From Myxococcota bacterium (GTDB taxonomy: Bacteria > Myxococcota_A > SURF-8 > G963663525), in NCBI GenBank assembly GCA_963676915.2, contig CAXXVK010000067.1, positions 1 to 64,000 on the forward strand: DNA of 64,000 bases. The letters run 5' to 3'. The notes under the pieces were generated by a model. The model did no database searches. It was not told the origin of the DNA and saw only the letters and a list, made by a program, of their open reading frames with translations. Of this stretch, positions 58,196 through 64,000 are shown piece by piece; within the stretch, counting starts at the first letter, position 1; each line of letters starts with the position of its first letter. A program made the translations under genes and the position numbers.

Positions 58196-61100
58196 GTCCG
58201 CCCTTTTTTCTTTGCCAGTTTTCCTTTGACGGCCCCGAATCGTCGTTTCAAACCGAAACGTTTCCGTTTTTCGCCTGTTGCTCGTGGATGTTCTCGCAGC
58301 CCGAGCCATTCCTGGTCCAGATTTCGGCATTTGCGCGGAAGTGGTCGCTCCAGACGTTCACCCTGGGCGACCATCTCCCGGACGGTCGCCAACAAGGCGT
58401 CCATCGCCTGTTTTACCTGTGCTTCGCTGATATTCGGCCCGAGATAAAGGCGAAGCGTTTCTCCCTTGAACGGTCCGTATCCACTCCCTATCGTAACGCG
58501 ATTTTCCAGTCGTTCGCGCAGGCGGGATACTTCGATGTCTACCCCCAGCAGATGCGCCAGCACCCCGGAGCGATCCTCGACACGCTGTACCGCTTGCACG
58601 AGATGCGGCGTATTTTCGATGGCTTCTTGCACCACTTTCATTTTGCGTTCCGTCTCTTTTTGGATGGAACGCAAACCGCCTCGTTCGAGGTAGTCTTCCA
58701 ACGCTTCACCCAGTTGGAGAATACCTCGTAAGTTATGGTAGTGACCGGCAAACTGCTCTTTCTCCATTTGAGGAAACGTTCGATAGACCATGGCGACATC
58801 TTCGGGGCTGCGTTCGCTTTCTCGTCGTCTGGCCACTTCCATCGCTTTCGGGGAAACGATCAGCACGCCCAACCCGGCGGGACAACCCATGAATTTCTGT
58901 ACCGAGCCGAAATACACGTCGATGTCTTTCCATTCCCGTCGCAGATATCCGAATTCGCTGGTGCCGTCCACGATGAAGAGAAACGGATCTGTTGTGGCAC
59001 GTTTTCGTTTGATTTTTCCTGGTTTATTCACCCGGTTGCGAATCGCCTGGATGAGTGCCCCAACATCGGTTTGTACCGCCGTGCTCGTTTCGTGTCCCGT
59101 GATGAAAAAACCGACGCTCCGGTCCGACCGCTTCAGATTGGACGCGGGAAGTTTGCTCAACATTTCCGAGGCGATGGACTGTAGCTGGCCGTTCTCACCT
59201 TCTCCCCAACGTAATCGTACCGATTTGACACGCCCCGTACCGAAACGGCGGGCGACATCCAGCATTCGTTCTCCGAACGCTCCTTTGACTCCCACGATTC
59301 CGAAATCCACATCGAGACTTTCGACCGTCTGTTCCATGGCCTGCGTGGCGGAACCGGTGAAGAAGATGCTGTAATTTTTCGGAAGATTCAGGTACTTGCG
59401 CAAGAGGCTTTCGACTTCCAAAGCGGCTTGTTTACGAGCTTCGGGTTGCCCGGTGAGATCTGCAAGGCGGCGCTCGGTTTCCATGCTGCGTTTAAGTATC
59501 CGCCGGTTGATTTGTGCCGGACCGGGGTTGAGCGTGAAAAAATCTTGCTGGTTCCGAAGCCGTTCTTTCGCCTTTTCAGGAGAGAGAGAAGATGTCTGTC
59601 CCAACGCCAGCGCCACGCGACATCCCAACTCGGCAATCGCCTGTATTTTGGGTGTTTCAAGCGTTTCGTGTGGGCGCTCGTCCATTTCGAGCAGAGAATG
59701 CATGTAACCGATTTGATTGCGGCTGGCGGTTTTTCGAGCCACTTCCAAAGTTTCGGCATGACAGACGAGCAGCCCCAGTTCTTCCTGCAGGCCGAAAAGC
59801 TCGCCCGAAAACACAAAGGCAGCCGCTTTACGACGCATCGCCGCCGAAGGACGTTCTAGAGTTTGCATGACCAGGATTTTGTGAATCTCGGTCCAGGCGG
59901 GATCGTCCAGAAGTTTTGGGTTGTTGGTTGCGACGGCTTGAACTTCGGCGGGGGGCTGGTGTTGTTCTTTGTCGCGCAAGTCCAACGCAACGCCGCCTTT
60001 TCGGCGATTGACCAACGCTTTGAAACAGGCGACCACCGCTTTTTCTGTCGAATCGGTGAAAAACACCCGTTCGTCGGGTTCCAGACCCAGCCATTCGCGC
60101 AGCAATCCCAGAGTTTCGGACAAGATTCGCATGCCTTCCGGGCTACGGTGAGAATGCTGGCACCATAGCAAAATCGAAGTATGCAACCGAGCGATAGCCG
60201 GTGCGGAGGTCGGTAGCGACGGGTCCGAGGCGAAAGCGTTGAGAATGCCATGCTCCAGGCGTGGCGGGTGTGCGTGCAGTTTCAAGCGACTCGTTGCGCC
60301 GAACGTCCTTCCTCCATAGGTTTGTGTGTACCGGTACAGTTCTTCGGTTCGTTCCGGGTCGCGTCGCTCCAGCCAGCGTGCATACGCTGTGGAAAGGTGT
60401 TTTTCACCCGGTTCGAACTCGATACCGAACTGTCCGTGCAGGCTTTCGAGGTGTTTTATGAGCGTTTTTTTGCGATCTTGCAGAAAAACGTAGGCTTCTG
60501 AGGCGCGCTTGCGGGTGTCCTCGTCCTCGCCTTCGAGAAAATATGTGGCACGAATGTGGGGATCGATTCCCCCGCTGACGGCTTCCTGCACCATGCCGGG
60601 ATGAGCATGCCCGTAAATGTAGACACGGAACTGACGGTCCCGCAGATCCTGAACGTAGGCCCAGTACACTTCCATCACGGCCTTGTAGGCTCGTTCACGC
60701 AGGGCGGGATCGTCGCCGGTAATTCTGCAATTGAAGTCGGTTGAGGTGGTGAACCCCTTCCATTTCGAGGCTCGGGTCATCTCGGGAATGGCTTCGCGCA
60801 TTCGTTTTAACGCACGCATTTCGCTGGGCAGGAAATACACGATATCTTCGTCCGCGTCGTCGTCGTGATCGTCCGAGCGGTAGATGTCCCGCCACTTCTG
60901 CAAACCGCGAATCGCGGCGAAAAGGTTGTCAGGTTCTTCACGACCTTCCGGCGGTTCTTCGAACAGCGCTTCGAGAAGGTCGATCATTTCGTCCTCGGAC
61001 ACGTCGGTGGTGCAGTTGACCAACAGCCCGATATGGCATTTCGCATCGCGCATGGTTTCCAATAGACTGCCGATGCGACCGCGTTCTTCGCTGTCTTCCC

Positions 61101-62151
61101 GCAAACTGCCATAGGTGGCGCGTAACTCGTCGCGGGTGATGATCTCGAATCCTTTGAGCAATACCTGTCCTCGTGCCGCGACCAGTTTTCGACCGTCGGG
61201 GGAGTCTTGAAACACGGCACGGGCGTAGGGATCGAGCACCGACATCACGCGGGGCAGATGGTTGACCATCCCCGCGTACTGTTTGCCGATACCACCGGGA
61301 AGCGGAATGAAAAAGCCGAATTCGTTGACACCCTCTCGAATGACTTCGAGCGTCACCTCCGTAACCAGTCCGGCGCTACCGCTTAGGCCGACTTGCATTT
61401 TCGCCTCGTCGCCTTTCAGACGGCGCACCATGCCGGAGCCGTCTACCAGCGTGACGGCATGCAGGTTGAAGCGGGCGTTGGCGCGTACCGGTCCCTGGCT
61501 GCCGTTGCAGACCACCGCGCCGATCTGGGCCTGGTTGAAGGTGGTCAGATCGAGAAAGACCGAATGACCCGCCCCCAGAATGTCCACTAGCGCTTCGTTG
61601 ATTTCGGCGGGCGTCAATCCTGCCCAGGCACGTACGCGATGGTTGATCGACGGGTTGTGACTTCGGTATACGACCACTTTGTTTTTTAGAGTCGGTGAAT
61701 CGGGAACGACGGCTTCGAACACTTCACTATCGACGGCATCTTGAAGGGAAACATTTTCCAAACGACCGTTGGGATGCACCAAAAGACCTACAAACCCTTT
61801 CAATCCGTGCAATTTCGCTTTTTTCTGCACCTGAAAAGCCCCGACCGCGCTTGTCAGACTGCCGATGGCTATGGCACCGAAATTTTCTTCATGGGCTATC
61901 GATACGGTTTTTTTTGCGTCTTCGGTGCTTTTGATACGAACCAGACAATGGCTTTCCACTGGCTTGCCGGAATCGTCGTACAGGTTTTCTTCATAGGGCG
62001 TGAAACCGGCCTGTCGATACAGGCTTTGTATCCGTTCCCAATCTCTATCATCTTCGAAAAGAAAGGGTTTCCCTGGCGTTCGTCGTTTGTGCGGCCGTAG
62101 TTTGGCCAGCCGGGTTTCCCATTTCGCCCATTGTTTTCGGCGCTTGTTCAT
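58192..62151 (-). CDS. Fusion protein: FAD-linked oxidase (PCMH/GlcD type) + degenerate class V aminotransferase domain + PLP-Lys-bearing SerC-like aminotransferase
   Basis: IGSLTSAVGA, VRAWAG, AQIGAVVCNGSQG, VGLSGSAGLVTEVTL, YGHAHPG..GGIDPH and GEKH (oxidase); SHRSPE and ETP (middle domain); NPGPAQI, TGSATQAME, HETST, VDGTS, FGSVQKFMGCPAGLG and GSGYG..LR (C-terminal domain). Start at MNKRRK with SD GGGAG. Confidence 0.85.
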   Translation of the reverse strand: MNKRRKQWAKWETRLAKLRPHKRRTPGKPFLFEDDRDWERIQSLYRQAGFTPYEENLYDDSGKPVESHCLVRIKSTEDAKKTVSIAHEENFGAIAIGSLTSAVGAFQVQKKAKLHGLKGFVGLLVHPNGRLENVSLQDAVDSEVFEAVVPDSPTLKNKVVVYRSHNPSINHRVRAWAGLTPAEINEALVDILGAGHSVFLDLTTFNQAQIGAVVCNGSQGPVRANARFNLHAVTLVDGSGMVRRLKGDEAKMQVGLSGSAGLVTEVTLEVIREGVNEFGFFIPLPGGIGKQYAGMVNHLPRVMSVLDPYARAVFQDSPDGRKLVAARGQVLLKGFEIITRDELRATYGSLREDSEERGRIGSLLETMRDAKCHIGLLVNCTTDVSEDEMIDLLEALFEEPPEGREEPDNLFAAIRGLQKWRDIYRSDDHDDDADEDIVYFLPSEMRALKRMREAIPEMTRASKWKGFTTSTDFNCRITGDDPALRERAYKAVMEVYWAYVQDLRDRQFRVYIYGHAHPGMVQEAVSGGIDPHIRATYFLEGEDEDTRKRASEAYVFLQDRKKTLIKHLESLHGQFGIEFEPGEKHLSTAYARWLERRDPERTEELYRYTQTYGGRTFGATSRLKLHAHPPRLEHGILNAFASDPSLPTSAPAIARLHTSILLWCQHSHRSPEGMRILSETLGLLREWLGLEPDERVFFTDSTEKAVVACFKALVNRRKGGVALDLRDKEQHQPPAEVQAVATNNPKLLDDPAWTEIHKILVMQTLERPSAAMRRKAAAFVFSGELFGLQEELGLLVCHAETLEVARKTASRNQIGYMHSLLEMDERPHETLETPKIQAIAELGCRVALALGQTSSLSPEKAKERLRNQQDFFTLNPGPAQINRRILKRSMETERRLADLTGQPEARKQAALEVESLLRKYLNLPKNYSIFFTGSATQAMEQTVESLDVDFGIVGVKGAFGERMLDVARRFGTGRVKSVRLRWGEGENGQLQSIASEMLSKLPASNLKRSDRSVGFFITGHETSTAVQTDVGALIQAIRNRVNKPGKIKRKRATTDPFLFIVDGTSEFGYLRREWKDIDVYFGSVQKFMGCPAGLGVLIVSPKAMEVARRRESERSPEDVAMVYRTFPQMEKEQFAGHYHNLRGILQLGEALEDYLERGGLRSIQKETERKMKVVQEAIENTPHLVQAVQRVEDRSGVLAHLLGVDIEVSRLRERLENRVTIGSGYGPFKGETLRLYLGPNISEAQVKQAMDALLATVREMVAQGERLERPLPRKCRNLDQEWLGLREHPRATGEKRKRFGLKRRFGAVKGKLAKKKGRT

Positions 62152-62459
62152 ACGTCTCCCCACTCGAACGAGATGATTTATCCCGCATGTTTCATGCTTC
62201 GTTCGAAAGTGTACTGTAAGCCACGGCTGGTGGTCCAATATCTTTTCGCCAAACTCGCCAAAAGAATGCACCGAAAAACACCAAAATGTTAAAAATTCGT
62301 TTGAAATTTTACCTTCTTTACCTTTATACTTAAACTTTAATGGTGTATATTAATTATAAATATAAATAGGTACACCACGTAGCCGGAGAAAATGCGGGTA
62401 CGCATTGCTTTTTATTGACATTTAGGCTTGCCGTCATTATGCGTGCAGGAAAGTTGACC

Positions 62460-62729
62460 ATGCCGGAATCCATCACAGAATTCAAGCATGAATCCATTCA
62501 GGATCGAAAATCCATCGTAAAATACTTGAAAACCCTCTGGGAAGGCATCGACAACGGCCGTATCGCTTTTCACAGCGAGGAAGACGAGATCGAACTCATT
62601 CCCCCGGACCTGATGAACCTCAAGCTTCGGGTCGTTCATGCCGAGGACCGCTCGAAAATCATTTTGCAAATCGGCTGGAAACCCAATGAAGGCAAAGAAA
62701 AGCCCGGCAACCTGATCGTCAGGACGTAA
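62460..62729 (+). CDS. Amphi-Trp domain protein
   Basis: EFKHESIQD...IVKYLKTLWEGIDNGRI...IELIP...LQIGWK, with the conserved terminal Trp. Confidence 0.85.
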   Translation: MPESITEFKHESIQDRKSIVKYLKTLWEGIDNGRIAFHSEEDEIELIPPDLMNLKLRVVHAEDRSKIILQIGWKPNEGKEKPGNLIVRT

Positions 62730-62735
62730 CCCGCC

Positions 62736-64000
62736 ATGCCTCCTTTACGTGCACTTAGAGAAAATTTCAGTCTGATGGTGGTCGAGGTCGGCAAGCAGGT
62801 CGAAGAAACCCGTTTCGCCTTGACCGACTGGGACGGCAGCCTCGGAGAAAGCATTCTCAATCGGGACGATTACATCGACCGCATGAAGGATTTCATCACC
62901 CGCAACGTGTTTCGCAAGCTGGCGGAATCGCGTGATTTCGACAAATCTGTGGTCAAAATTCTCCAGGCGGGAATCGTCATCGTCAACAACCTCGAAAACA
63001 TCGCAGACTTTTGCACGAACATCGTCGGCCAGATTTGCCATCTTGGCGACCCGGATTTCCTGGATCGCTACGATTTCAAACTGCATTTTCATTATGTCAA
63101 TAAAGCGTTGTCCATCGTCGAAAAGACACTGTTTACTCAGGATCTGGATGCGGCTCTGGAAATCTGCAAATGCGAATTTGCCTTGGATGATCTGTATAAA
63201 AAGGACTTTCAAAGCATTTTGCAACAGCTTCAAAACTGTTCGTCGGAAGATCCCAAAGAAAACCCTGCGCAAAAGCTGGTTACGGCTCTGTTGATTTTCC
63301 GTTATCTCGAACGAATGGGCGATTGTCTGCTGAATATCGGCGAGGCGATCATCGAATCCGTGATCGGAGAAAAGCTCAAAATTCACCAGTATTTAGCGCT
63401 GCGCAACAGTTTCGACGTCAGCAGCGACGCCTCCTCGCCGGGAATTCCTGTTCACCACACCCATTTCGAAACCATCGGCGAAACCCGATCGGGTTGTCGT
63501 ATCGGGCGCGTTCGTCAACCCACCACGGATCAACACAGCCACTGGGCGATTTTCAAGGACGGAAATCTTGGAAAACTGACGCGGGAAAAGGAGAACATCG
63601 AAACTTGGGAACGCCTTTGTCCTGGCTTACCTCCGAAACTGTTCGGTTTTCAGCCGAAAGGCAACTATGCCTCGCTGTTGTTGGAATATTTGGGCGGCAT
63701 CAATTTTCAGGAAATCATTCTGGAACCCGATTCCAACCTGCTGGCCGATGGCATGAACCAGTTGAAAAAACTGCTGGAAGTGCTTTGGGAGATGACCTGG
63801 CGGGACGAACCCGCTCAAGCCGGTTTCATGGAGCAGCTTCTCGACCGCCTGTCAAGCGTCTATCGGTTGCATCCTGCCTTCAATACCGCCACTGCCGGAA
63901 TCAACGATTTGGAGTTGCCGTCGACGCATCGGTTGATACAGGAATTGAACGATATCGAGCGAACGCTTTTTGCGCCGTTTTCCGTTTTCATTCATGGGGA
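62736..64000 (+). CDS. PhoU-domain / aminoglycoside-phosphotransferase-like kinase fusion (partial, runs off the window)
   Basis: Manual translation is open from ATG 62736 to the end: RDDYID, NLENIAD and YLERMGD (PhoU repeats); ETRSGCRI, IFKDG, LLLEYLGG and ...FIHG(D) (kinase). Absent from the ORF track. Confidence 0.88.
   Translation, partial: MPPLRALRENFSLMVVEVGKQVEETRFALTDWDGSLGESILNRDDYIDRMKDFITRNVFRKLAESRDFDKSVVKILQAGIVIVNNLENIADFCTNIVGQICHLGDPDFLDRYDFKLHFHYVNKALSIVEKTLFTQDLDAALEICKCEFALDDLYKKDFQSILQQLQNCSSEDPKENPAQKLVTALLIFRYLERMGDCLLNIGEAIIESVIGEKLKIHQYLALRNSFDVSSDASSPGIPVHHTHFETIGETRSGCRIGRVRQPTTDQHSHWAIFKDGNLGKLTREKENIETWERLCPGLPPKLFGFQPKGNYASLLLEYLGGINFQEIILEPDSNLLADGMNQLKKLLEVLWEMTWRDEPAQAGFMEQLLDRLSSVYRLHPAFNTATAGINDLELPSTHRLIQELNDIERTLFAPFSVFIHG

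Noticed and set aside
62415-62445. Perfect TTGACA -35 box upstream of the amphi-Trp gene
   Set aside because: No convincing -10 element at 16-18 bp spacing, so it was not called as a promoter.

Overview
Chromosomal window of a GC-moderate bacterium, probably a Myxococcota/Deltaproteobacteria-like lineage; this is inferred from Cys-rich lipoproteins with acidic linkers, a PEGA protein, a MYXO-CTERM-like tail, a paired ArsA and DUF4175. About 40 CDSs were called by motif reading only, with no database search. They include housekeeping genes (dgt, rhaB, rhaA, ribH, nusB, lhgO, pyrE, ROK kinase, xseA, ssb, nagZ) and many large secreted or membrane proteins. No tRNA, rRNA, CRISPR array or transposase was seen. 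Highlights: (1) a 1319-aa fusion of an FAD-linked oxidase with two complementary, each incomplete, SerC-like class V aminotransferase domains that looks like a single-chain pseudo-dimer, translationally coupled to a GT-C-like membrane protein; (2) a stand-alone His-Xaa-Ser RiPP-type precursor with 16 consecutive HxS triplets and no HxsB/HxsC maturase in the window, downstream of a spermidine-synthase-like membrane protein and an orphan AmmeMemoRadiSam radical SAM gene; (3) a 200-bp MITE with 22-bp TIRs and an 11-bp TSD carrying a nested REP doublet, plus two other REP/REPIN families; (4) the start of a GAK-type operon at the right edge. Frameshifts cluster at about 21.7-25.4 kb and are probably assembly errors.
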